Positions 48,692-62,271 of a stretch of DNA of 64,000 bases are shown here, in pieces (position 1 is the first letter of the stretch; each line of letters starts with the position of its first letter). The notes beneath the pieces were generated by a model. The model saw nothing but the letters and a program-made list of their open reading frames with translations, was not told where the DNA came from and did not search any database. The stretch comes from Gnetum montanum (Eukaryota > Plantae > Gnetophyta): positions 46,368 to 110,367 of the forward strand of contig MNCI01000590.1 in NCBI GenBank assembly GCA_015680685.1, in the 5' to 3' direction. Position numbers and translations under genes: made by a program.

Positions 48692-49819
48692 TGCAAACCT
48701 TAAATTTTATCTTACATTTTTTTGTTGGTTGTGTAAACATTATGATGACTATGGACAATTTATATTTCCTTGTTGTGTATTGAACTTTGATACTAAACTA
48801 TGAGCATTAATGATCTTTTATTTATATGAATATACTTTAGAAGTATTGAGTTTTGGACTGCAAATCATATTATACATATAGCAGTAGCATATTCATTATG
48901 ATTTTACCTAATCTTTATTTACAACTATATACATATATTAATGTTGATTTTGATTCCACCTTTATGGCCAAGCATTGGCCAAAGGCTAGTTGAGGGCTGT
49001 GTCAAATCCTATATAACTTCAGATTTTAACATTATAAACAAACATTTTTTTTTTTTTTTACTATTTTCATATATCAAAGCTAGTCGATTTTTGCATTATA
49101 AATTGATAAGTATTAATTTTTCTTTTAAACATGTGAATCATAGGATATCGATTATATCAATGATTATTGTGGTTGCAATATGGATCGATGACATGGATTT
49201 TGGTGGAGCAGTAATCTCAAAAAAGAAATCATGATATTGATTTGCATTAAAGAGGTGATCAAAATTGATAATTGAAGATCCTAGACTTGGTGATTCAATT
49301 CAATGAATATTTGAAATGATTGTTATCAAATTCTTAGAATAGTTATTTTTTATATATACAATTGTAAGTTCCTTTTAAGTATAAATAAAAGTCTCAAACT
49401 ATGTCTTAGGAGGAGACAAAGACTCAAGAGAGAACCCACACCAAATTAAACCTCTTATGTACTAAAAATTTTAAGGTTGATTATTGATGCTTTGTGGCAA
49501 TCAACAACCATTGATGTATGAAAGATGTGAAGTTATTTCATTGTGGAGATAGCAAAGTAGGGTTACAAATTAGGTGACATCTCCTTTGTAATATTCTATA
49601 TTTATGATAAATTTATATAACGTTAATTTGGTTTAATCAACTTATTCCATATTTTAATTTAATATTAGAAGTTAAGTTGAAGTTTTGTTGATTTTAATTA
49701 TGGGTGATAGTCATAAGTATGAAGTTTTCAATTGAATTTGAATCTAATTGTTATTTTCCTTGATGATCTTTTTGACTTTAAACCATTTCTCCATAGACAT
49801 GACTCATGGGTTATTCATA

Positions 49820-51050
49820 GATGAGGTGACATCTCTACAGTGAAGATAACAACAAGGGTAATTCAACATCAAAGTTTGGCTAGCTAATTAATATGCCATT
49901 TTGAAAACTCCTAAAAAGATTGAAGCTTATTCATAGTCCTCCCAATTTATTTTAGCTTGATAAAATAGATTACAAAATTTGATTTAGAATTGTTTGGCAT
50001 GTTTATCAAATTATCATAGGAACTTCAACTCATAATAGGCTCTTTCCTTTGACAAAATTGTTCAAATTTTCTTTTCAACCTATATTTCACTAGATTGCAA
50101 TCTCTAATACATTGACCATTTTATCTTTCATAACCTTGGAACTTCTTCATCTACCAAGTAGAAGTCATACCTTTTAATCTAGATTTAGCATTATGTACCC
50201 ATACGTTATTTGGCATCTCTTCCAACTCAAAGTATTTCTCAAGCACCTTCAACCAACTTGAAAAGGCATTGGTATCATCTACATCATTGAAAGTCTTTAA
50301 CTCAATGAAAAAAACTCCGGTAGCATTATAGAACACTCTAGCAAGTCTTGCTTCTTCCTCATCATCATGCTTTCCTAGAGAAGAAGAAGTTACCACTATT
50401 AGAGCCCATGGAATTCTCATCTAATAAATATGATTTCTTCTTATTATAATCATTCACTAATATGTTTTGACACTCTCATAGCTAGATTGTCCTTCCTCAT
50501 CATTTGCTCTATCTTCATCTAGTTATGAAACTTCTTCATCTAAATGTGCATGCTCATCACCTCTGCATGTATTGATATGGATAGGATCAAAATTTATATC
50601 TAAATTTGTACTAATCTCATCCAACCAAGAAACCATGATTTGAAAGTAGACTTCATGCTCTCCATGTCTTGATGTAGGGCATGCACCTATTTCTTCTTAG
50701 GTGTCATCTAAAATTGACAAAATTCTCAACCAAATCAAAGTAAAAATTAATGCAAAACTCTAATACCAATAATGCTAAAATAAGTTCACTCTAATATTAA
50801 AATCACATTCCAACACTAAATATAGATATTATGGAAAAATAATTTATGTGCTAGAAAATAAGAAAACTAGCTATCTTCAATTATTTAGATGAGAAGATTA
50901 CAACAAGGTTCCACAATCTAAAAATACGTTCAAACCACTCTAATCACTCAAACAATGTTGTAGAGCATGAGGCTTTATAATCACATAATGGCTATTCTTA
51001 ATGTAAGACACAATTGATGAAGAATCTCTTCCATAACTTGGAATTGAGAA
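49820..51050 (-). mobile_element. CRM-like element fragment (LTR part, PBS, gag)
   Basis: PBS TGGTATTAGAGT at about 50768-50757. Gag ELKTFNDVDDTNAFSSWLKVLEKYF..AKSRLKGMTSTW. The LTR matches 44800-45010 and 61600-61800. Confidence 0.72.
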
Positions 51051-51099
51051 TTCAATACATAAGCAAGACCAAAACACCTTTTAGCTAGGTTAGAGGGTT

Positions 51100-54000
51100 C
51101 ATCTCTTTGCCTATGGTAGCAAGACTTCATTATTTCAAATTCTAAATTTACCATGTGGAGCTTCTATAGAGAATCTTTCCTATCAACAAACTCTTTTTCA
51201 TATAGCACATAAATGGCCACTACTTCCTACTTTAGCTCATTTCTAGGTTGTCCTACTATTAACATGGTAAGGTTGACATATCGAAGGTTAGCAAATGCCA
51301 TGTATTCTTTCAAATATTTAATCTACAGGTTCTTGTTCTTTTCTTTACTTCATGGACCAATGCATAACTATTCAAGATTGGCTACCAGTCAGGATTCTAC
51401 ACTGACATGGAACTAATCAAAGCTTTTTTCATCTAGATTTCTTTTTCATTGATATGTTTGTACATGTCAATTTGTCAACTTTTCATGTTTCTTAGCCTCA
51501 TTTTTCCATGCACCTATTTTAATTGCAAATTTCTAACATATTGTGCACACCTCCTCCATTGAGAGGGTTCAACTTTCTTTGGCCAATCTATTAATTTCTT
51601 AGTTGACTCTCACCACCTATTCTTTCAACTAGTGGATACTTTCTTCAAAAATGTTCTTCTATTTCTTAACAATGCTCAACCTAGCATTATCAGCAACAAG
51701 TTTCTTTTTCTCTTATTTTGTGATGATCAATGCCTTCTTATAAACACATGCTTGAGCTTCAGTAGCTGAGGCATTCCAAATTGCCTTCTCCTTCTCTTAC
51801 TCAATAGCTTTATTTTGTTCAATCAATTGGTTTAGCATCTCTATTCAGAATTGGTCCAGTTGGTCAAGTCCAACAAATTAGGCAAGGTCCCATCTTTCAA
51901 CTTTCAGGGCAGCCAACTCTTATTGTAGTCGATGCAGTTCTATTTCTCCATGCTCTACCATTATCTATACCATGAATAACTTTTATTTTATGGAAATGAA
52001 GTCTAATTGGCCTAGAGTGAAATCACTGGGGATGTCAAAAAGAGTGGTTATCACGTGTTCCATCTACAACAATCTATCAAGTACATCCTCATGGGCTACA
52101 GGACTCATTAAAGTTCTAGCTAGCATTTGGGCATCTTTGGTTCCAGTCAAGTCCATTGGGGGCATAACAAGCATATTAAAGGGTTATTTGATGTGATCTA
52201 TTATTACCTTTGCTACTCCTACAACATCTTGATGCTACATAACCACAACAATAGCACCTTCTCCTATTTTGAGCATTACTTGAAAAGATGCAATGTTCCT
52301 AAAGAGCTGTTGTGACCATTGGGCTTCTCCACCTGATTGTAAGAAGATCTTCTCCCTTGATGGAATGGTAGAAATGGTGGGTTGCACATCATTGATAACT
52401 TAGAAGAGGTTTGATTCATCCCTACTTCCCCAACTAAGAGTTTTAGCAATGCACTACAGATGGCTCATTGCAAGCTAGTAATCTTGTGGTGGTGGCAGTG
52501 AAACTTATGAATCACACTACTACTTAAGCTCTTGCTCTATTTCATTCTCTAGTTCTAGCTCCTTTTCTATTTCTTATTCTTCACCAAGGTCTTTCCTTGA
52601 TGTTGTAGGTTTAAGAAACTTAGCAAAAGAAGCCTTTTAAGCCCTCCTAGGAATGTCATCAGTGTATCCTAGGATTCCAATGTGCTTGCATAGCTTCTTG
52701 ATCAAGCAAGGAAATGGAAGTATTGGCTTCCCTACCTTAGTTTTTTCAAAATACCTTTGGATTTCCATGAAGTACATTTGGGGAAGATTAGCATTGTATT
52801 TTCCCATTAATATTACACTTCCCCCAGCCACATAGGTTGAGATTCTATTGAGCCCTTTAGTTGGGAAGAGGTGATATGTGCCTATTGAAAAATAAGTTGT
52901 CACTTCTAGAGTCAACTCATTGTATGTTTTATTATATCTATTATATTCCTACTTCAACCACAACTTTCTTGTTTTTAAATTAGGCATTGTAAACAGATGC
53001 ATCAACTTGGCCTCCACATTTGGTAGATTCAGATCCTTTGCAATTACCTTGACTAAGAAAGAAATAGTGAGTCTACTGATGTTGACCATGGGGAATTCTT
53101 CCTTGTTATGCCAAAATTGATGTGTCTCACTGAAGTGTTATTCACCACTTTTTGAAAGGATGTGCCATAATGGTGATGCCTAGGGTTGAGTTCAAACTAC
53201 CTCAAGGGAAAATGCCATAAATGGATCAAAGATCATTTCCAAGATGACTCTTGTAAACATGGATTTCTCCTAGATGGCTTCAAGGCATTCTTGGGATAAC
53301 ATGAGGCATTTTCCTTGCACTAGAGCTTGTGGTATTGTTTCTCCTTGGACCAACTACCATGTGGTCGGATCCTCTTGATGAATACTAAATGACTAGGCCT
53401 CCTATTCTTCACATTCAGTTGGTGTGCCTTATTCTCCTAGTTGGCCTCTACCACCTTTCGAGCATTTAGCTGCATCTTGTGAAGGTCCTTCTTATCATCC
53501 TTTTTTTGGGGCCATTTGCAATCATTCAAGGACTTGGGTATTACTAAGGTGTTATCATTTATTATGAACATGTTTATACCTTACTCATGACCTTAGTTCC
53601 ATTAATTTTTTAGCTCATATGATTATCGAGTTAGAAAAATGTGCAAAAAGCGTTAACTTCTATTATGACCCTTCACACTTAGTTTCTTTTACCATATGTA
53701 TGGCTAATAATGATGGTCATGAACCCTTGAGTGAGAGAATTAGAGTTTCTTGAATTTATATGATTGATTATTCATTAAAATACTTAATGTTTTTAACATT
53801 CTTACCCTTATAATACCTTCTAGGTGATAGAAAATTATGAAAAATTGATGCAAGTTGTCCATGCAAGCACCCTCCCCTAACTAAATTAAATACTTCAAGT
53901 TCAAATAATTTCAAAAGCCATGAAAATTGGAGTGGTATGTAGCAAAATATTGCAAGTGCAAGTTGATTATGTAGAGCTCTTAGTCATGAGAGAAAAATTC

Positions 54001-57000
54001 AAAAACTTAGCTAGCTGCAAATGAAGATAATGGATTTTGGAGCACCATAAGGATTATATATATAGTTTTTACGAACTCAATATTAAGTATCCAAAGTTGA
54101 GTCTGACCTGATAAGGGGTAGCCAATATTGAGGTGCTCAAACTTACATATTATAAGGGTAGTTAGCATGGAAAATAAAGTTCTATGATTGATGGAAGGGT
54201 TTCAGGTCAAATCCAAAGTTTTGGGGGGTAAGTGAGAATTTATATGTAGGCATTAGAACTATTAGAAGATGGAATCGTAGGAATTAAAAGCTTTGGAAGA
54301 TGCAAGAAAAGGGATAATAGATACATGGTATAGAATGGATCAATTATATGATAAAGGAAAGTATTAAATTTAATTAGTTATGTACTTGGAAGGTTCAAGA
54401 CGATGTGGTTGTGCTAAAAAGGTACAAGTCACAACAATTACAGAAGTCAGTCCTCCCCAAAGTAGGCTTTAACCCTTAATGTCCTTGTATAATCACACCT
54501 AAAAATGTTTATAGGCACCAAAGGGGTTGAATGCAATACATACCTATAAAATAAAACAAACATGTTAAAACCACCAATTTGAGAAAATAACTCTATGTTA
54601 CACAAAACCATGAGTTATGATCATATAGATAGTGAGATGAGATGAATTTGTGAAGGGATTGTAGAAATTGGAACATGAGGTGTCTTACCATAGGCATAAT
54701 TAATCCTTGTGTGTGATTAATGGTTAAATTAATTAGTAGCCATTCTTACTAAGATTCAAACCAAGTTCATACCATGTTCCAGCAACATCGCATTGGTTCA
54801 TCTCTTCAATTAACAGCCATAAGAACCATCATTATGAGTAGCATCACTTAGCATTTTGTCCAAGGAAGGAGTTTATTCATGGTATGTCTTTCTTTCTCTT
54901 TTATTATTTTGGCAGTATTCTGAGAAGCCACCAACCTTCAAGAGTGGGTACATGTATTTCTAATGGGACCCTCAAAAATTTATTCAATGCACTTTTGTTT
55001 TACTCTTACTTCCATTTTTCATTAGATCTACAATGATATAATTATAACCTTAGAAATATGATAAAACATATAGAAGTGGTCAAAGAGAATCCAGAAATCT
55101 CATTGATGTCACACACTTTACATTCCCCCTTGGTTCTATACTTTCTTATCTAGGCCCAATGATTATGAATTTATTTTTAGTTTGGTGATGGAAAAGAATA
55201 TCATTATTACTATAGTAAGATCCTCTTATTAATGGAATGGATGGATGGATGATGAGGCTTCACTATCCAAATAATTAGTTTCTCATGACTTGAAAACATA
55301 GAGAAAACCTAACGTCAATGGACTACATGAGTGTTTTATTCATAAGTGAGATTACTAACAAGGGAATGAAAGAAAAATATGGAAAAATTCAAAAAGGATA
55401 GGAAAAATTTATATCAAGAAATAAGAAAAAGACAGAAAATTATAAAACAAAAATATGAAAAACACCTATTAATTTTGAATGTTAGACTAGAATGTCTCTT
55501 CCATGACTAAGAATTGGATCATGGTAAGAATGAATAAGCCGATAGGCAAGCTTCATGTATGTGTAAGATAGTGTTAACCTTTCATTTTCAAGCCACTGGG
55601 TGTCTCTTGGTTTAATGGCAGGTGCATAAACAAGTTGTTGTTCACACACCTGGTTGTTAAATGTATGGTGGATCATAGTATGAGTTATGTAAACATTGTG
55701 GATGTTTGACCCACGATTTATCCCTTGATCATGATTAGGAATGCATGGGATCACTTGTCTCTTCATAATGCTAAATTCATTGTTTCTAGTAGATGTTGGA
55801 GTAACAATGGATGGTGGCCTTTGCATAGGATCATAGGACATTGATTGTAAAAGAGAAGGCATTGCATTGGATTGGCATTGTGCTGGTTTGGATGATGTAG
55901 TAGGTCCATGGGTGTTGCGATTATGCATGGGAGATATCTTAAAGAAATGATGTTTCTAAGATTGTGGTGTGAACCTACTAGCATTATCATGCCTAAGCAC
56001 ATTCATAGCACAAGTGACATTCTTTTGTTAATGTTGCAATGCTGAACTTTCCTATGTTGGTGGTGGTGACATGTGATGGGGTGGAGTATGAAATTATCAA
56101 GGATAGGATGGAGGGTAAGAGGTTTAAGGTGGTGATCCTTCAATAGATATCATTGGTTGATGATACTTGGGAGAGTGGTAGTAGCACTTGGAAGTAGAGG
56201 AAGTAGTACTAGTTGGGAAAATAGGTTGTTGAACATAATATCCATATGGGTTTGACTAACAATAAGGGTAAGGTTGGTTTGGTGATGGCCTTTCCCAAGA
56301 TTTTGGTTTCAACACTATGGTTGATGATAGTGTTGAGGCTGGTAAGAAGTCCTCCTAGGATAGTATGATTTGTTGTAGGATTGTCTATAATTACCTTTTA
56401 AAAAAGGTAAGTTTCTAGGCATGTGCTTCTATGTGAACTTGGAATTTAATTCAAACACCCAATACTCATGTAGATGCAACATGACTAGAAAATAGCCCTT
56501 TGGATGATCATATATGAAAAGGCCACATCTGTCATCTTCATCTATGGTTGTGCCTATAGCCTCTTGTTCTTCATCAATTTTTCCTATTTGCCAATAAGTG
56601 CTCCTAGCTATTTCTTGGTTCTTCTTCCTCTGTTTATTGTGATTGCTTAATTTGTTTTATGTTACCTTCTCTATGATTTCTACAAAACGTGTAACATTCT
56701 CATTTATCCACTCTGACTTCCTATCAAAATTTGCTTCAAGTTTATCAATAGACTTCTGTATCAACAAAGTTTGTTGCAAAATCACCTTATCGAGAGTTAC
56801 CTCTTTCTCCTTATTATATATGGGGATCTTCTTATTTTGAAGAGTTGGGTCCTAGTGAGAGTTCTCAACATTATCCCATTTACATATTTCTTCTTCTTCT
56901 TTTTCCACATGCTCAATTAGTTCTTGGATTTGATGGGTTCATAGCTCATATAATTTTCTTGGAGCATACATCCAAAGGATCTCCCTTGTTTCATTACAAA

Positions 57001-58934
57001 TCCCATCTATGATATGGAAATGTTTCTCTTCCTTAGAGAAACCATGGCTTGGACATATATTTAGTAGAGAATAATATCTATCTAAGGCCATATCTAAGGG
57101 TTCACATTGTTCTTGTCTCCATCCTTGGATTCATGTCCTTAGGTTAAACACCCTCAAATTAGTTTGGTATTTCTCGTTGAAGAGGTCTAGAATGGTGGAC
57201 CACTATTGAATTGAATTTGGTTTCAATGATTTATACCACACTTTAGCTTTATTTATTAGTGTCGTAGGAAAGAGATTCAACTTTTACCACACACTTTCAA
57301 TGTTGTATAAGTCATAGGCATCATGGAAGGCTTGTAAATGATGTTGGGGATCAAAATCATAGCCTCTCTCAAATTTAGGGATATTATTCATATCAAGATT
57401 TCATAATCAACTTTCCCTATGATGTATATGGGATATCTTAACTACCTATATGATTTACATCATGCCCTTAGTGGCCAACAAGGATTAATCGTCATCAAAC
57501 ATGTTGTGATGAATATTTCTATTTCTATTTATTTAATTGTGATGATTTTGTCTATCTTCATTTTGATATCATTGATTGTTCCCATGATTTTGGTTGCTAT
57601 TTTTATTTTTATTTTAACACCAATGATGAGCTTGGTCTCTATACCTACATTCATCTTCTTTAGAACTAGACATTGAAGATGAAGAGGAAGATGAGGAACT
57701 AGGAGGATTTTCATTGCTTCTATGGTGTTCAACATGGTCCCTTGATTTATTGTTTCCAAGTTTTGAGGAGGTCCTAGGCCTTGAGGCCTCCCATAGTCCA
57801 AGACTTACGTTGTCTCCTCCAAGGTTAGCTACCTTCAGTGAATGTAGTCTGCAAGTGTTGTCAAGGTAGTTATGAACATATCAAACCCTTGCATGAAGTT
57901 GGTCACTCCAATGTTCTTCAAAATATATCTCCTCAGTTCTCCCATTAATTTTTTCACTATCCAATGCATTATCACCTCCTTGTGAAAGAGACATTGCTTT
58001 TAGTTAATGATGTGTGTGATTTAATATTTTCTGAAAGATATATCATTAATGCATTTACAATGATCGTATATAATATAACTAATTTAGATAACTAGCACCA
58101 TCCCTGACAATAGTGCTAATGATAAGTGCTGAGGTACCCCCTACATCCAACCATATGCATCACAAGTGTTTATGCACAATCCAGTCAAATTTCATGGATG
58201 GGACTAGTTGTGGTATATAGATTGTTATGTCTTAAGAATAATTCACTATCTTCCCACTTGGACTAGTGGTAGCTTTTTCATGTATGGTTTAGTCCAAAGT
58301 GATGCATAAGCTAGTTAATGTTGAGCTATGCCTAATGATAATAAAAAACTTAATTATTTAATCTAATTAACAATGGAAAGAAAAGTCTAAACTAGCCTGT
58401 GTGCAATGAGTATCCATTCCTAATCATCTGTACATGCCTTGGACTTCATGTAACTAGCACTGGGATTATCAAGTGTATGTTACTAGGTGTACCAAACAAT
58501 ACACTACTTGGCTACCAAGTAATTACACTTAAGCACTCATGATTAGTTGTACTCATTCTGCTTAATGATAGGAATAATAAAGAGTAATAAATGAAAACAT
58601 TAACTAAGGAAAATAGTAAACATTTAAGAAATTAAAAGCAATAATAAATCTAAGTAGATGACACAATAATAAAAGTAATGTAATGCATCCAAGTATGTCA
58701 CACTATCACTTAACATGACACTATAGGCATGCACTGGAAAATAAAATTTTGACTAATCTGAAATGTATTAGAAAGCTATCTAAAATATATATCCCAACCA
58801 TGCATTGAAGTGTGGTATTTATAAGCTAGCACAAAAGGGATGATATTGGATGCTCAACATTGGAGGTTGTGCCCCGATATCAGATACCCGACATTGTGAC
58901 CCTGATATAAGATATTTGATATCGCAACCCTACA
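51100..58934 (-). mobile_element. Athila-like RT-less copy D: LTR 58120-58934, PBS, gag, noncoding, env-like ORF; 3' LTR missing
   Basis: LTR TGTAG..TATCA. PBS 58118-58101 TAGCACTATTGTCAGGGA. Gag MNNIPKFERGYDFDPQHHLQAFHDA near 57390. Shares KRQVIPCI, the AGTCATGG box (about 55505) and GCCTACTTTGGGGAGGAC (about 54455) with copies A and E. Confidence 0.85.
51200..53515 (-). pseudogene. Degenerate env-like/accessory ORF of copy D
   Basis: Starts ATG GCC CCA AAA AAA GGA (MAPKKG) at 53515. Contains NLPQMYF..LPFPCLIKKLCKHIGI, then an E/K/Q-rich coiled-coil-like region. Early stops look like deaminated CGA, CAA and CAG codons. Confidence 0.65.
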
Positions 58935-59150
58935 AACATGACTCATAAGAAGGTTTTTAAAAGATAACAAAATAAATAAAAAATTTAAATGAAGGTTTAA
59001 TTTTAATATATAAATATTAGAGATCATGGATCATTGATTAGTTGGTTAGCTCACATTACCTTGAACTCAAGGGTACTAGGTTTAAAGTTAATTATTGACA
59101 CCTTATCCACATCAAACTAGAGGTATTATTCCAATCATATTGCTTTAACA

Positions 59151-59151
<1 letters not shown>

Positions 59152-59183
<32 letters not shown>
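59152..59183. repeat. (CA)16 microsatellite
   Basis: Directly visible. Confidence 0.98.
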
Positions 59184-59184
<1 letters not shown>

Positions 59185-59699
59185 TAGAGGTGGAATATAT
59201 GATGAAGCAAAATATTTACATGTAATTATTCCTATATATTGATATAAATATTATTTAGTGAAATCTAGAATATTGTAAAAGTAAATAATGAAATATTTTG
59301 ATTATGCTTATTATAGATGGTTAAAGATGAGTGTATATATTATTCAAATGTGGGATAAAACTAAATTAAAAGTAAATGCCAAGTCACAAATAAAAATTTA
59401 ATTTGTATGACTTATTTAAGCTAGCAGTGTTACTTTTAAATCATTATTTACTTTCAAGACATATAAGAAAAATGAACCATATAGCCAATGAAAGGTAACA
59501 TAAGTGGTTAGTTCAATGTTTTGAGGCATGACGTTAAACCTAAAAATAATATTAATAATAAGACAAAATATAGAGTACATAACATGCTTAACACTAAGTG
59601 GAAAATACAAAAAGTAATATGGAAAGGGTAAACTTTTCAAGTTTAAAGATATCTACTAAAGTGTATAACCTTACAATAATGATTTAAAAATTAAGAGAG

Positions 59700-61460
59700 G
59701 AAAATTAATTATTATTAGGGAGAATGATCACAATCTTAAAAACATCATGATATTCTTTACATCATGATAACTATATTGGGGAAAAAAAATTTAGGTATCT
59801 TAGTTACATTAACATCAACATCAATAGAAGAATCCATCACAAACTTTTGCTAACTAGCTTATAAATCTAAAATATAAAAATTAACAAAAAATTTTCATCA
59901 ATAGAAGAAGCTAACATTTTAGCATTTTTTGAAAGTAATTTAGAATTCCAATAGGGGAATTCTAGAAAAATGAGTGAACAATCTTATAATTGATACATTA
60001 AAAAATAAGTGAAGAAAATTAATTGTTAGTAGGGAGAAAGATCCTATTTCTAACAAAATTACATCACTTTTCAATATGTATGCTTGAAGTTAAAATAACA
60101 AAAGGATTTGAGATAGTGAGTTGTCGCTTAATACACATTTGTATCAAGACAAAAAACTAGTACCACTTGTGAAAGATCTTCACCTCATCACTTATTATTG
60201 ATCTTACATTAAGAGTCTTCACCATCAACTAAACCTTCTCATTGACACTAGTTTTAATCTTTGTGTGAATAGTATTATTGTTAGACAAGGAAAAATTTAT
60301 CTTATAAGCTATCTATTTAGGCTGCTTAATACTTTCTCTAGTACTAATAAAAATATGCATAAGAGTTTTTGTCTTCTTTGGATTATTTATTACCATTTGA
60401 TCATTCTTATTATTAACATTAATTTGATTTTTTGTATCTTCAATTTTAATACATTTTTTCTTTTCTTCAAATTCTTTCTTTTTATCAGAAAAGGAAAAAC
60501 GTTAAATAAATATTCTTTACAATAGTAAATGTTGCAAGAATTAGAAATATTATAATATGTTTTTTGCTAAATAAAAGTTTTTTCTCTTGCTTGTAATACC
60601 AATTCTTTTTTATGATCAGGAAGGTTGATTTTAATTAAAAAATATCTAGAAAGATCAAAAGTTATAAAATAGAATCAATATGCTTAATAGGATAGAGAAG
60701 ACGAACAATTTCCTATTCAACTTTCTAAAAACTTAATGAAAGATTATATAGCTCAATAAAACATAGAACTTTAGCATATTCTTTAAATAGGACATCAACA
60801 TCTAATGTCTACTTATGTATTAAAGACCATATATCTAAAATATGTTGCACCATTAAAGCATTTTCTAACTTAATAAGTAGAAAAAATGAGAATAAGACAT
60901 GGATGTTATGTTTTTTGATCAAATCATTTAACTATAAAATTTTGATTATGAGGTAGGTAATCCAAAATTTGAATGAACACATATCATGATAAAAGATTAG
61001 CAACCAATGACTTATGTACATAATTAGAGAAAATAAGATTAGGTATCTTAGTCGCATCAACATTACTAGAAGAAGATGTTATAACATTTTTCATAGCAGC
61101 TTGTAAATCTACATCTTAGGAATCAAAAAAAGATTTGCATTATCGGAGTAATATAGAATTTCAACATTGGTTGAAGAATATGGAAGTAATATAGAATTTC
61201 CCTAGTTGAATTCTAGAGAAATTAGATCTGTTGGGGAAAAATCAGAGAAAGTAAAATCAAATCTACTAAAAAAATTAGATTTTTTAGAAAAACCTCAAAT
61301 CTCCTTTAAAAATTAGATTCAAAAGCTAAGTTTATATTATACTTGAAGCATTATTATGTTATTCTTAAGTTTTTCTAAAAAATCATGTTGACAATATATC
61401 TTTGATGTATCTTTAATCAAATTATTTCAAGTTTTGACATCCTTTTATAACCAACCCAAT
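59700..61460 (-). mobile_element. Highly degraded L1-like LINE ORF2 5' part (endonuclease to RT start)
   Basis: DCDHSP near 59725 resembles the SDHxP motif; a GDF-like segment near 61300 and an RPISL-region remnant near 60300. 59760-59970 is paralogous to 60980-61225. Confidence 0.45.
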
Positions 61461-61589
61461 CATCATCATCATTATCTTGGTGCTTTTATCCCATTTATGA
61501 CAGGAAAAGGATTTAACAATACTTTATAAAATAGATAAAGCATGAAGGTGCCTAGGTATGGCTTTGGAGTAGGTTTACTTCTATATTAA

Positions 61590-62270
61590 ATCATCTTCCA
61601 ACACTAAATCTAAATATTATAAAAGCATAATCAATTTGCTAGAAAATAAGAAAACTAGCTACCTTCAATTATTCAAAGAGAAGATTACAATAGGATTATA
61701 CAACCCATAAAGCATCCAAACACTCTCACATACTCAAGTAATGCTACAAAGAATGAGGTTGTACAACCACACAATGATTATCCTCAATACAAGACCTAAC
61801 CAAGACAGAGTCCATCAGATAACCTAGAATGAATATCTCAACTCATAAGACACTAGAAACACTTGGTCAATACTCATTCAATTGATTAAGGATTGCAACC
61901 CACTCATGCACTCTTCACATGTACTCTCTTAACATCTCACTTAAAATTCTCTATGACATCTCATGACCTCTCATAAAATACAATTCATATTTATTAATTA
62001 AGAATAATAAAACCCTAGAAAATCTTCCTTAAGATTAACTTCAAGATCCTTCACTATTTTCCATCTTTCTCCACCTTATCTTAATTGTTTTCAGACTTGG
62101 AATGATAATTTCAAAAGTTTCCCTTTCTGTCCAAGTTGTCTCTAGCCTTTGTAGGATTTCTTGCTATAAAATTAGCAATCCTGGAGAGATGTCTAATTTC
62201 TAGCTAAGATGTCTTTTATTGTAGCAAAGATGTCTTGACCCAATATGAGACATCTCAGCAACTTGTGAGT
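61590..62270 (-). repeat. LTR fragment of the CRM-like family
   Basis: GCTAGAAAATAAGAAAACTAGCTA..TTCAATTATT..GAGAAGATTACAA is shared with 50850-50905. Confidence 0.7.
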
Positions 62271-62271
62271 G

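Noticed and set aside
44800-51000. Large inverted repeat (44.8-45.6 kb versus 50.2-51.0 kb) as the termini of a DNA transposon
   Set aside because: Both arms are diverged LTR-PBS-gag fragments of one retrotransposon family inserted in opposite orientation.
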